Shown: piece by piece, positions 13,798 to 26,496 of the stretch
How the letters are laid out: each line of letters starts with the position of its first letter
Position numbering within the stretch: the first letter of the stretch is position 1
Source of the DNA: Lama glama
Lineage: Eukaryota
Direction: 5' to 3'
DNA length: 64,000 nt
NCBI GenBank assembly: GCA_028534125.1
Contig: CM052816.1
Coordinates: 86,678,001-86,742,000 of the forward strand
Notes under the pieces: model-generated
Told to the model about the DNA's origin: nothing
The model's input: only the letters and a program-made list of their open reading frames with translations
Database searches by the model: none
Made by a program: the position numbers and the translations under genes

Positions 13798-13878
13798 AAC
13801 AGTTTTATCTGAGTTATATATAAAACATATATATAGAACAGTTTTATATGAGTTATATATAAAAATTTATATATAACT
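13798..13878. repeat. 39-bp tandem duplication ending in a 13-bp perfect inverted repeat
   Basis: AACAGTTTTATCTGAGTTATATATAAAACATATATATAG (13798-13836) is followed by a near copy from 13837. AGTTATATATAAA-AA-TTTATATATAACT lies at 13851-13878. Confidence 0.85.
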
Positions 13879-14315
13879 TTAAGGATATTTCACCTAGCTA
13901 CCAAGAATTATCAACTCTCTTCACCAGATCACTTATCAAAAATGCAATACAATGCACCATAGGTTTTCTATAATTATTTAAAATATCTCACTTTAAAAAT
14001 TGTGTTAAAATTTTTAACTGGAAAAGGGAAAAACAGAGAGAATAAAACTAACTAAATCTAAGTTTGTTATAATGTCTGTTTAAATAATTAATATTAAAGT
14101 TAATTTATTCTTCCTAATTGAATTAAACAAATAATGGTTACTCCTAATAAGTGCACAGCATTATTCTGAGACTCTAGTGGAATAAAGGGTTAAATGCAAG
14201 CTTCCTTAAGTAAAAGAATTTACCAAATAAACCCAAAAGAGGGAAGAATGTGATCAATATCCCTGATCAATTTAAGGAAGAATAAGACTTCTTGTGGTGT
14301 TGTATTTAAATTGTC

Positions 14316-14681
14316 TGACTTCGTCTGCTCAGGCTGCCAAAACAGAATACCATAAATGAGTGGCTTAAACAACAGATTTATTACTCATAGTTCTGAAGGA
14401 TAAGGAATCCAGGATCAAGGTGCTGACCTATACAGTACCTGGGAGAGCTCTACTCCTGGCTAGCAGAGAGCCATCTTGCTGTACCTTCACATGGTGGAGA
14501 GAAACAGATCATCTCTCTCATGTCTCTTCTTATAAGGGCATTAATTCCATAACTAGGGCTCCACCCTCATGACTTAATTAACTTCCAAGGGCCTAACCTC
14601 CTAACATAATCCACTGGACATTAAGTCTTCAACATATGAATTTGGAGAAGGGAGTTGTGCATAAGTATTCACTCCATAGCA
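14316..14681 (-). mobile_element. MLT1A/MLT1A0 solo LTR nested in an L2 fragment (about 14150-14760)
   Basis: TG..CA termini, 366 bp. GGCTTAAACAACAGATTTATT..CCCTCATGAC..CAACATATGAATTTGG. Near-perfect 5-bp TSD TTGTC (14311-14315)/CTGTC (14682-14686). Confidence 0.9.
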
Positions 14682-15623
14682 CTGTCTTTCAATGAGATAT
14701 AGAATTTTGACAGGTGGAGATGAGGGAGAAAATCAATGAAAGTAGATAACTATTAGCAACAATGTTTTATGTGCTAGCACTATCTGTCTCTCAAAATTGT
14801 GAAATATAGGTCATTTAGCTATAAATGCAACTAAAGCCATTATCAACTATTGAAAGTTAAAGTGAGTGTAGATAATCTGATAAAGTAAATAGAATGAAAA
14901 CCTTAAATCCATTTGAGATTTTTTGTCTGCAGAGTTTTCCATGTGATAACAATGTACAGTGCTTTAAACAGAATTTTATATGATGCAAAATTATTTCTTA
15001 TGCAAACAAATAGCAACACTATTTAGAAAAAAAAGGAAGTAGGAAAACACATCAAATATCTGACTAAATTTTTCCTCTATTGCTCTAACAGAGAATTTAC
15101 TTTAAGAAACAATAATGCCACTAATGATTAAATCAATAAGAACATTTTGGAGAGTTAATAGAACCTTCAGTGGATTGCACTTCCAAATATCACTATTACC
15201 ATAATTCAATTCATACACAGAGTCATTGCTAGTGGCTGAACCCTATATTCATCACCTATGATTCTAGTGAACGGGAGGTGATAGAAAGTCAGCTACAGAA
15301 AAGGCTGCAGAGTAACGGCTAATCAGATTGCATTAAAGGTGTATAACACATCATCACGGCCAAAAACCCATTTCTGTATATTGACCTTGTCTTGCCAGAC
15401 CTTATGGAAAATGTTTCACACATATTAACTGCTAATGTGAGACTTTATTTTTAAAGGTGGCATCTCAGCAAAATCAGCTTACCATATAAAGGGTAATACT
15501 GTCTATCTACTACCAATTTGACTCAAAGGAAACACAAAATAAAAAGATTACCAAGACAATCATGTGTAAAATAAGGTAAAATAAAAAGCACCTAAAATGT
15601 AAGGGATAAATATGGAGTGAAAA

Positions 15624-15626
<3 letters not shown>

Positions 15627-15659
<33 letters not shown>
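15627..15659. repeat. (AT)16 microsatellite
   Basis: Read directly. Confidence 0.95.
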
Positions 15660-15660
<1 letters not shown>

Positions 15661-16179
15661 CACACAAATATATAGCATTTTATATGACTATATATAATTT
15701 ATAATGCAAAGAAATGTAATATTGTAATAGATTTTAAAATATAAAAATACAAAAAATATAATTAGTTTTTAAGTAAAACAGAAGCTAAAAAAATGTGGAG
15801 AAGGATCTAATAATAAGTCCAATTCTTCCACAAAGATCTCATGAACAGGGGAGAGAGAGCACTGTGTTCCTGGCTGTACCTGCCTGGAGTGGGGATTCAG
15901 TCAAGCTGAACCTGGGGGTTGGACTGAGGAGGGAGGGAGTTGTTCCTCCAAGTTTTAGTAGATTTTCTAAAATATGTATTTCTTCATTTGCTGTATGACC
16001 TTAGAACAATTTCTAGAGACTTTAAATGTTTATTTTAATTGAAATTTGATGATTTTTGCTGGTTTCATTCCACAGAGCATCGCGTACCACCTTTCTGGAT
16101 GTGGAATTCCCATATAAAATGTTAGAACAGCTAAAATATCATTACCTAGTATATATATTCATAAAATCCACACACATGC

Positions 16180-16685
16180 GCAGTCTTCAGGCATAGCTGC
16201 TGAGAATAAAGAATACTGGGGCTTCTGTCACCACATCCCCGTAGCTTGTCTGTTGAGTGGAGAATCTATGCTGGGAAACTCAAGCTGAAAAGGCCAGAGG
16301 CTAGAAGCAAAGATGTCCCTCAGGGAAAAGCATGCCACTGTCCCTGACTCCAGCTCTAGAACTATGGCTCAGAAATGTTTCCCAGGGGAAAATCCAGGTC
16401 ATAAAATAACTGAAAATTTCCCAGAAGAATTGACTTTATTTAAATCAGAATGTGGAGAAATTCAAGTTTATGGGTGCTCTCAAAAACGGAGGAGAATTTG
16501 GTGGTATGTAAATAAGAGGGTGGGAGCTCCATGAAAGATCCAAGTTAAAATGTAGCACACGTAGTTTGCCTGAAAGAACCACGGAGAGACAGCTAGGAAA
16601 AACCTTCCTGGGGTAAGAAAAAAGAAACTCTCAAACATTCGCTTCAAGAACAACCCTTGCAAAAGAGCCTACATTTAACTGGTAT
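16180..16685 (+). mobile_element. L1M4-type 5' region fragment
   Basis: TGTGGAGAAATTCAAG..CTCTCAAAAAC..TTTGGTGGTA..AGCTCCATGA..GAGACAGCTAGGAA..CCTTCCTGGGGT..CCCTTGCAAAAG resembles the L1M4b/c 5' end as recalled. Confidence 0.6.
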
Positions 16686-16704
16686 GAGATAAATAATAAA
16701 GAAA

Positions 16705-17268
16705 CAAAACTACTCACAAAGAAAACTCAAGCCTATATGGCTACACTGGTGATTTCTACTAAACATTTAAAGAAGAATTAATACAAATACTTCAAAAACT
16801 CTCTGAAAAAAATATTAGAGGCACTTTCAAACACATTCTATGAGGCCAGGACTACCCTAATACCATAATCAGTGAAAAATGTGACAAAAAAGAAAACAAC
16901 AGACTCATCTCTCTTATAAACAGAAACAAACAAAATCTCAACAAAATACTAGCAAACCAAATCTAGCAGTATATAAAAAAGATTGTGCACCATGACTAAG
17001 AGGGAATTATCCTTAGAACTGAAGGTGAGTTTAAAGAAATCAATCAATGCAATACACCATACAAATAAAGAGCAAAAAAAAAATCACATGATAATCTCAA
17101 TAGATTTAGAAAAAAAGGATTTGACAAAACACAGCAGCCCTTCATCATAAAGATACACAGCAAGCCAGGTGAGGAAGAGGAATTCCTCAACACAATAAAG
17201 GGCATCTATGAAAAATCCACAGTTAATATCACACTTTACAGTGAAGGACTGAATGCTTCCCCCATTAG
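16705..17268 (+). mobile_element. L1 ORF2 fragment (Z domain to early RT), decayed
   Basis: CATTCTATGAGGCCAG, CTCAACAAAATACTAGCAAACCAAAT, CACATGATAATCTCAATAGAT and AAGGGCATCTATGAAAAA correspond to FYEA, LNKILAN, HMIISID and KGIYEK. Confidence 0.9.
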
Positions 17269-17299
17269 CTGTTTACATGTACACTTTGTGATTATTGGT

Positions 17300-17680
17300 T
17301 TATTAAAATTTTGCTTTATGTCAAGATTACTTAGTAGGATTAATTTTTCTTTAAAATTTCCTAAAATATATTTCAAATTTATTGGCACAATGGTTTTCAT
17401 AAAATTAACATATGTATATATGCCATCTTTGCCATTTCATTAATTTAATCTTTGTATTTACTTTTTTGTTTTCTCTTTTTTAAAGCTTTTTAGATACGTT
17501 TTTGCTTTGCACCCTTGTGAAAGAATTGTTGTTATGTAACCTCTCTATCTTCTCTTTGTTTTCCAGTCCATTGTTTAATGCCATTACATTATTATTTTGA
17601 AGGGATATACAGTTACTTTTCTAGCTTCTTGAGTTAATGACTCAATTTTGTAATTTTCAAACTTTTTCCTAGACAAATAC
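17300..17680 (-). mobile_element. Ancient L1 (L1ME/L1M5) ORF2 fragment
   Basis: T-rich antisense words TTTCAAATTTATTGGCA and TTTTCTAGCTTCTTGAGTT. Confidence 0.5.
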
Positions 17681-20529
17681 CTCCAAATATCTGTTTGGGT
17701 GACCCCTGATGGCAGAATTAGAATGATACAATTGCTCAGGGAATATAAAAAAGAGAACTGCCTTCACCCACAACATAATTAAGATGGCACTAAAGCTCTG
17801 AATATGTACAGAAAATCTAAAACAATAATCACAAATTATATCAGCAGCAAGGCAAGTATACTGACTTCAGAGCATTACCAAAATTTTCATCTAGCCTTAT
17901 TTTCCAGACAAAAAGATGTGTTTAAATACTACCAATTTTGTTTTTCTTAATTTTTTCAGTCTCATTTGTACACACTTTTGTCAGAGCTTGGGTACTCAAA
18001 ACCATTTTCTGTTTATTTTTTTACAGAATAGTACAAAATATTATTTTCAACCATATTTTTTGAAAAATCTGGCATTCATTTGTTACTTACTGTGTATCAC
18101 AGCTTCTGGGACGATGATAATTTATTGTTTGAGGATTCTTGAATCCTTTTGGTCATGGAGAAGTATAATAATTCATCTAGGGAATAAAAACAAAATGCAT
18201 TATCTGTTTTGTTTTAATAAGTGACAAACTGATATAAATCTAGGTCAGAAGGAACTTTTGAATGCGATGCTTTTATTAACAATGAATATTCAATTCTCTA
18301 ATAGTATTTTTAAGCAAGCATTTCTGTTATGGATTAAAAATACTCTTGTCTTTGAATGTTAATGAGGAAACTGAGGAATTTATGGTTACGATGGGGTAGT
18401 ATTAATATTATCAGCATCAAAGTAAAAAATATCATGTTGAATGAAATAAGAAAATACAACCAAAGAATTGTTATAATGGTTTGGCCATCAAAATGTGACT
18501 GAAAATGTTACCAATAAAACTACTTTGGGAGTTTCTGTTTCAAAACTGTCAAAATAAAATTTCCAATTTTCCCCTTCTCTGTCCAAAGTATTCTTGAGTT
18601 TTCATCTGTGTCTAACATTATTGAAAATGAATCGAGACTTTTGATGTTAAAATATCCGTTATCTATCAAAAGGAACAAATAGATGCAATATCATAGCTAT
18701 TGATTCTTTTCACATCCTCAGATGAAATATCAATATTCTTATTTTCAAGTGCAAAATGAACTTCATGACCCAATTAATATATACATTGAACATTACATAG
18801 CAAAATTATACAACTTTATTTTATCATGAAAGTAACCATACAATTACATAATTTCCATCTTTCCCTACTTGTGATAGAAAGAATGGGATTTAGAAAGAGA
18901 ATTGAAAATACAGAAAAAGTGCAGCAAATGATTTCATAAGCCGTCTTAGTGCAGTTACAGAAGTATAATTGGTAGACATTATAAAATGTCAGCTTTTATC
19001 TATAGTAAATATAATTTACACAGCAGAAAAGAGTGATTAGAGTCAGATCACTGAGAAGCTAATGAAAAGAGCCATGGGCACAGATGTGGGTTGTTCATTT
19101 TGCTAGAGATCAGAGAAATGACAAGTGCTGAAGGTGTTTTTACATGCACTGAAACTCATCACAGACACGCTCAATCATGTCCTGGGATACAGAGAAATCT
19201 AATCATTTTTATTAAATAATTCAAATTCTATGGCCTGTGTTTGACTCACACTTTGAAAGGTATTGAATTGAGTCATTCATTTCTGGGAAGTTATAGTATG
19301 TTTCATAAATTGGGCTTGTAAGAAACATTAACAAAAGAGGGGCTTAGTGAAACAGAACAGGATAGAGGGATGGGGCTTGGCAGGAACAATAAACTGGAGT
19401 ACAAATTGCAAAACTAAATTGCAGCAACAAAATAAATAGATCTGATATGCTGTTGATAATAACAGTCAACATATTTGCTTTGTAAATGATGTCTCTAATA
19501 ACTATTAAAGGAGTTATCTGAAAAGTTTCATTTTTTTTTTGTACTCCAGTTAATGAGATTGTGGAACTTAAAACATTGCCTAAGGAAGAGAGGATGAAAA
19601 AGAATATTCTTCTTTAGCATCTTCTGGTAAATGAGTGTTACTGCTGAATCAAATAAAATTGAACTGCAAGGGAAATCAGAAGGAAGCAGAACTATCTGAG
19701 AAAACTGTGAGGATGTTTAAATGGAATCAGAACACATGAAAGATGTAAGGTCAAGAGAAATAACTCTTTCTTGTTAAATGCATATTTATCCATTTTATTA
19801 TCATATATAGTTTTAGATAATAAAGAAATCAAGTGGGATAATAAAATCCTGTGGACTACTCCCATTATTTAAAATTTCATTAAAGTATTGAATGGGGGAA
19901 ATTTTAGGCAAGAAGATTTTAGAGAATCACTTTGAATTATGAAAATGATAACATGAATATATATTATAATTATTTGAGACAACATGTATTCTAAAGATAA
20001 ATATACTTGCATTATTCTTGGCTAGAATTATTTTATTATTTTTGATTTGGAAAATAAAATATAATTTTAATTATTCTCAGAAGAGATTAAACAAATAATT
20101 CAAGAAATTAAAAGTAATGATTTAGGTAATTACCATAAACAAAGAATCAACCAGAAGTATAGCAACAGCAGCAACAATAGCAAAGTAATTAAAAAGCAGG
20201 AGTGAAATTATAACAAAGGAAAATACAGATGAGAAAACCTCAGTGTGCCTGAGAGTAAGCTGGAATGAATGAATGCATTTACTAAGGAAATGAATGGAAA
20301 GTTGAGATATACTATCACTCACTGTAAACATACCTGGAAGTATTCAGAAAAAAAAATGACAAAGAGTAAACTAAAAACTGTGCTAACATTTTCATAAGAA
20401 AAAAAAATTAAAGGCCCACTGTAGAATGCTTTACAGCAAAGACATTATCCCTTTTAAATGTGGACAATTTGTTTAACCCACCTAAATCTAAATACCCACA
20501 TTAATGAAAAGTAAAAATAACTTACTTTT

Positions 20530-21280
20530 AATTTACATGGGTTAAATTTCACTTTATGGTACATAGTTCTATGAGTTTTGATACATGCAGAAGTCATGTA
20601 TCCACATCCACAAGTCCCTCTTGTTGGTCCGTTTGGTTAGTCCTCTCCCACAGGCAACCACTTACGTGCCCTTCCAAAATGCCGTGTAAACGGAAACATA
20701 CAGCACATTGCCTCTGGCTTCTTTACTCAGTAAAAATGCATTTGAGAAGACTTCAACTTTTTATTACTGAACAGTATAAATTTCTTAATTTAAGCCATTT
20801 ACTGGATGAAGAGTGTTTGTTTTGCTTCCAGATTTTGATGATTATTTTCAGATGCTACATTCCTATATATGCTTTGTATAAACATACGTTTATATTTTCC
20901 TTAGATTAATTCCTAGTAGTGAGATTGCTGGATCATGTAAGTGTATGGCTAATTTCATATGAAACTTCCAAACAGTTTCAAAAATGGCTGTGCTGCTGTA
21001 CATTCCCACCAGTAATATATCAGAATGCCAGCTCTTCTGCATCCTGGAAGCACTTGATATTGGCAGGTTTTTGTCTTTTCTCCTTTTTTTTTTTTTTTTT
21101 GATTGTAGCCCTTCTAGTAAATGCATCTGAGTATTTCATTTTTACTTTTACTTTGCACTTCCCAGATGCCTAGTGATGCCTAATATCCTTTCATGTGTTT
21201 ATCTGCCATCTGTATATCTTCTCTGGTGAATTCTGTGTTCATAATTTTTGACCTCATATTATTGTTTATTTTTCTTTTAG
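20530..21280 (-). mobile_element. L1ME/L1MC-type 3' end
   Basis: AGTTCTATGAGTTTTGA..CAGGCAACCAC..GGCTTCTTTACTCAG..GATTGCTGGATCAT..ACATTCCCACCAG..GCCATCTGTATATCTTCTCTGGTGAA. Confidence 0.85.
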
Positions 21281-21390
21281 ATGAATACATATCCACAGGT
21301 CCATAGATGGGCATAAAATATTTGCCTATCACATCTAGCAAAGTATATCTGACAAAGGATAATTAAAATACTAAAAGAAGTTAAAAAACA
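21280..21390 (+). mobile_element. Short L1 ORF2 piece inverted relative to the adjacent L1
   Basis: AAAATATTTGC..TATATCTGACAAAGGA..AAAAGAA corresponds to the KIFA..SDKG..KE segment of ORF2. Confidence 0.6.
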
Positions 21391-21464
21391 AAATGAGTGT
21401 ATGTGTGCTGTGGTAATTAAGACAATAAGTAAAAAGAATTATACCAAAAACTTTGGTTATAAAG

Positions 21465-22090
21465 AGAATATCTCTTTTTAGTGAGGTTTCTTAGTTTGTG
21501 TGTATGAGACATCACTAATTTTATGTAATGTTTCAAATTTATGGCCATAAATATATTTGTAGTATTACATCTTCTTCCTTTTCCTGTCTACAAGTTTTAC
21601 AGTAATGTCCCCTCTTTCATTTACAGTATGCTAATTTGTGTCATTTCCCTTTTTTCTTGATTAATCTGACTAGACAGTGATTAAATTTTTAAAAATCCTT
21701 CCCCCAGAGTAGGGTTTTCTTTCATTGGATTTGTGTATTATTTTGCTGTTTTCAGTTTAGTAGATGTCTGTTCTTATAATTCGTATTTCTTTCTACTTGC
21801 TTTGCATTTAATGTGCTCTTTTTTCTACATTCTTAGATGGAAACATAAATTACTTATTTGAAGCCATATTTCTTTTCCTAATAAAAACATTTAATGCTAC
21901 AAATTTCCCCCCAAATTGCTATTTTTGATAATTCCACTAATTTTAATATCTTATGTTTTAATTTTACTCTCATAAAGTATTTTTATTCCATTTTAAATCT
22001 TTCTCATTGAAATGTGGGTTATTTAGAATTATATTGTCTAATCATCAAATTTGAGGACTTCCCAAATATCTTTTTGTTAACAATTTCAAT
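21465..22090 (-). mobile_element. L1 ORF2 (post-endonuclease) fragment
   Basis: GTAATGTCCCCTCTTTCATT, TTTTTCTTGATTAATCTGACTAGA and CATTTAATGCTACAAATTTCCC. Confidence 0.8.
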
Positions 22091-22405
22091 TAGTCATCAA
22101 TTATTTATTATTAATTATGAGTTAATTCTCACATAGGCCAAAAGATACTTGAAGAGAAAGCACAAAGTAGTTGGGAATCACAACACAAGTAGTTGGGAAA
22201 AGAAGGGCAATTTGAAGGAATGTTTCTGTGGGTTGGTGTTTGAGAAACACAGAAAATTACTTGCATTATGTTAATATAAATCTTTGGTTGTTTTGAAATT
22301 ACATCAGTTAAACACTACTTCTTAGACTTATACATTGCTATGATGCTGGATCGTGAAGCTTTCTGCATCAATAATGTTTTTGGTTTTTCAACTCTTTCTG
22401 CAAAA

Positions 22406-22618
22406 CAGGTTTTTTCAACCTTGTGATTATTGACAATTTGGGCCAGACAATTCATGTGGTCAGTGTTTGTCCTGTACAATGTAGAATATTCCGTTAGCAT
22501 GCGTAGCCTATTTTCATTACATGCCAGTAGCACCCATTCTCACTGGTGACAACCAAAAATGCCTCCAGATATAGCCAAGTATCACCAGAGGCAGAATCAG
22601 GCCTGTTGAGAGCCACTG
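22406..22618 (-). mobile_element. MER20 (hAT-Charlie MITE)
   Basis: TIRs CAGGTTTTTTCAACC / GTTGAGAGCCACTG, internal ATGCCAGTAGCACCC..GTGACAACCAAAAATGCCTCCAGA, and an 8-bp TSD CTGCAAAA/CTGTAAAG (6/8 identical). Confidence 0.9.
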
Positions 22619-22756
22619 CTGTAAAGTAATTTAGTTTATATATAAGATTAAAAGGAAACATTAAAATCATGTGATTTAAATTTTTATACAACGAATAACA
22701 AAATTTCTCAATCTTAATACATCTTCTCTGCATTGATTACATAGGTTAAAAAAAAT

Positions 22757-23230
22757 TGAAAGGACCCATCAGACTCTTCAGGGTGTTCCCACAAGTCTTT
22801 AATTCAGATGTAGGGTGTGGTCCAGTAGGAGGAAGGAAGCACAAACATGTCTGGAGGACCAATGGGATTGCCAGGTGCGGCCCCCCCTCCCCCAGTTCCT
22901 TTCTCCACTGTGGAAATGTACTTTGTCTCTGGGTTATGAATTCCCAGAGTCTGAAAGAGAAGTCTTGGCTTCAGGAGACCTCAAGCAAATTTTACTGAAG
23001 GGTCTTTTATGTCCCACTGGTCACAAAGCCAAGGCAGACCTAACCTGGTACAACAGGCTTAGGGCATCCATCTGTACATCTCTAACTAATCTAATCCAGG
23101 TGGTCCAGAAGCGTTTCAAACTTTAGAGAGCACAGTATACATTCCTAGGTAGCCCACCTTGTCCTTAGAGTCTGAGGTTCAGTTCTGACTTTGAGGCATT
23201 CTTGGAAGTCAGCATAGAGCTATCTCAGCA
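22757..23230 (-). mobile_element. Probable solo LTR, family not recognised
   Basis: About 470-bp GC-richer block starting TG and ending CA, with a reverse poly(A)-signal-like TTTAAT about 40 bp from the left end. No clear TSD. Confidence 0.4.
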
Positions 23231-23409
23231 AAGTTGTAAGAAAACTCCATTTCATACCTCCCCTCAAAAATAATATAAGCAAAGAAAAATCCCTCTTCTT
23301 AAAGCTTTCTCTTTCTCTAACAGGCTTTACAAAACTCTCTTCTTAGAACCATAGTTTTTTGTACCATTCTTCTTTCTTACTATCTTAACTAGCATATCAC
23401 ACATTCATT

Positions 23410-25050
23410 TTTTTTCACTTTTTATATTTTAAAACATGCCCATTTAAGAGTAAATGATTAGATTATCACACTGTATAGTTGTGCAACCATCAGCATGGTC
23501 CAGTTTTAGAGTATTTCCATTTCCCAAATGGTTCCTCATGCCTGTTACAGTCAACCTCTGCTCCTACTCTTGAATGCAATCACTGATCTGCTTCCTATAG
23601 CTTTACCTTTCCAAGAAATTCCATATATAGAGAACTGTGTAATATGTCATCTTTTGTGTCTGACTTCTTTCACTTAGTGCAATGTTGTTGAGGTTCATCC
23701 ATGTTGTTTCACTAATCAGAAGATCATTCCTTTCTGTTTCTGAGTAGTATTCCATCATATAGATACACTACATTTTGTATATCTTTAACCAGTTGATGAA
23801 TATTTGGCTTATTTCCAATTTTTGTCTTTTACGAATAATGTATTTATGAGCATTGGTATATTTGTCTTTGTTTGTACTTGTTTTCATATCCTGAAATAAC
23901 TATCCAGGAGAGAAAGTGCAATGTTTTAATGTGAATCCATGTTTAACTTACTACAACTGTCCAAGAGTTTTCTAATGTGACTATAGCATTTTTCATCCTC
24001 ATGAGCACTGTATGAGTTTCTGTTTTTTCCACAACTTTGTTAACAATCAAGTATTCTTAGTCTTCTAAAAATTTTAACCATTATAGTGGATGTATAGTGG
24101 TTTTGTTTTCATTTCCATAACTAATGATGTTGAACTTTTTTTTCCAGCTTTATTGAGATATAATTGACTGTGTGTAAATTTAAGGTATACAATGTGTTGA
24201 TTTTATACACATATCTTGTGAAATGATTACCTACATAGCCTTAGTTAACACCTCCATCAGGCTACATAATTACTATTTCCTTTTTGTGGGGAGAACATTT
24301 AAGATCTATTCTTTTTGCAACTTTTAAATATATAATATGTTATTGTTACTTATATTTACTGTACTGTACATTATACTCATGCCCTTGTTTGACATTCTTT
24401 GGAAAACATATATTCAACTTATTTGCAGAGTTTTATTTTTATTGGTTTGTCTTCCTTGTTGACTTTTTATACTTTAAAAAAATATTCTGGATACAACTCC
24501 TTTAGCCAGTACATCCTTTGAAAGTGTTTTACCCTCAGCTGTGGCTGGACTTTTCATTTTCCTAAAGGTGTTTTTTGAAAAGAAAATTTAAAAAATTTTG
24601 ATGAACACTAATTAATCATTTTAATTTTACTGTCATATCTTAGAACTCCTTACCTAGCCCAAAGTTACAAAGTTTTTTCACCAAGGTTTTCTTATAGAAG
24701 TTTCATATTTTTAACTTTTACAATTAATTTTGTCACCCATTTTGAGCTAATTTTATGGTATTAGCTAAGTAATGATGTTCTGGTTTTGTTTTCTTTTATG
24801 GGTTTCCTATTATTCCAACATTATTTGTTGAAAAGACCAACCTTTCCTCATTGAATTACTGTGGTATTTTTAATCTAAAATCAAGTGACCATATGTGTAT
24901 CTCTATTTCTATATTTTTCTTCTATTCCATAGATCAACATGTCTTCTTATGTTGATGCCACATTAGCTTATCTACTATAGCATCTTAATTTTCTGAAATC
25001 AGGTAGTATAAACCTTTTAAATTTGTTCTGTTATTTGAAAAAAATTTTTA
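23410..25050 (-). mobile_element. L1MB/L1ME1-type 3' region, interrupted by a younger L1
   Basis: AGTTGTGCAACCATC, CTTCTTTCACTTAG..GAGGTTCATCCATGTTG, ATTCTGGATACAA, TTTGTTGAAAAGAC and TGAAATCAGGTAGT. Confidence 0.85.
24136..24372 (-). mobile_element. L1MA9-like 3' end nested in the older L1
   Basis: Poly-T then CCAGCTTTATTGAGATATAATTGAC..TTTAAGGTATACAATGTG..TTAGTTAACACCTCCATC..GAGAACATTTAAGATCTA. Confidence 0.8.
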
Positions 25051-25299
25051 TTGGTTCAAACAAACAACAGTTTATTTCTCACCCACAATATGTGTCCAAT
25101 GTTAGTGCTGACTTTGAAAACTCTTTGGGTTATTGTAGACACTATTGGCACACAGTGATTTCCCTTAAATGTCAGTTTAGGTACATAGAGATGGCTATAA
25201 GCATACTTGTACAATTATTATATGATACTTTATATATAATAAAATAGTGGTTATTTTAGCAAAACTAGTCTAAAACAAAACAATTAAAATCTTTATTAC

Positions 25300-26213
25300 A
25301 ACATCATTAGCATTAGGAAATGCAAGTGAAAACCACAATGTGCTATCATTATACATCTATTAGAATGAGTACATTAAAAAGATATAATAAAAAATACCAT
25401 ATGCTGGCAAAGATGCAGAGAAACTAAATCACAGATTGATGGTAGAGATCTAAAATGGAAAGTAGTTCAGCAGTTTCTTTCAAAAATACACACGTGCTTA
25501 TTATATGGTTCAGCAATTGCACTTATGTCAGAAAAATGAAAATACATGTTCACACAAAAACCTGTAAGTGTACAAAAAACTGTGTGTGAGTGTTCTAGAA
25601 AGCTTTGTTCTTAATCATCAACATGTCATGGTTGGATAAACTGTGGTCCATACGTACCACGGTGTGCTACTCAGCAATAACACGGAGCAGACTGTTGAGG
25701 CACACAACAACTTGGGTGGGGCTTAAGGGAATTCTTCTGAATGGAAAAAAAAAACAATCTGAAAGTCCATAATTTATGAGTCACTTATATAAAACATTTG
25801 AAATTACAAACTTATAGAAATGGAGAACATATTAGAGGCGGCCAGGAATTAGAGAGGAGCATGTTAGTAATCGCAGGAGAGAAAGGAAGGTTGCTGTGGC
25901 TATGACAGATACTCGTGATGAACTCGTGTCTGGACTGTCCTGGTGGTCACATGAATCTACAGATGGGATAAAACTGCATAAAAATAAATACACACATACG
26001 TGCAGACACAGACACATGAGTGCATGTACACTGCTAAAATCTTAATAAGGTCAGTGGTTTGGCTCAATGTCAATGTTCTGGTCATGGTGTTGTTATACAG
26101 TTATGCAAGGTGTTATCATTGGGGGAAACCGGGTCAAAAGTATATCAGATCTGTGTTATTTATTACAACTGCTTGTCTATCTACAATTAAGTCAAAATAA
26201 AAAGTTTTGAAAA
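25300..26213 (+). mobile_element. L1MD-type 3' end
   Basis: GGAAATGCAAGTGAAAACCACAATG..GTTCACACAAAAACCTGTA..CACATGAATCTACA..GATAAAACTGCATA..ATGAGTGCATGTA..TACAACTGC..AAAATAAAAAGTTT. Confidence 0.85.
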
Positions 26214-26496
26214 TATCTTTAAAAAGTGTATTGAATATTTATACCCTAGCATTTTTTTCTGTGGAGCTATAATTAAATAAGACATAGCTTATTGTGTTAA
26301 ATTCAATCACTTTTAGCATACACATAACAATAAGAACGTTGTTTCAAATAGGTATTGCTTATCTCATACATGCCTGACACATTGTATTACATCTGCTTAC
26401 TCAACAACAAAATACAACAAAAATCCTGCTAATTTGGGGGGATATAACTGAAAAAGGTAAATCTGATCCATCTATTTAGGAGGAATAATATGGAAA

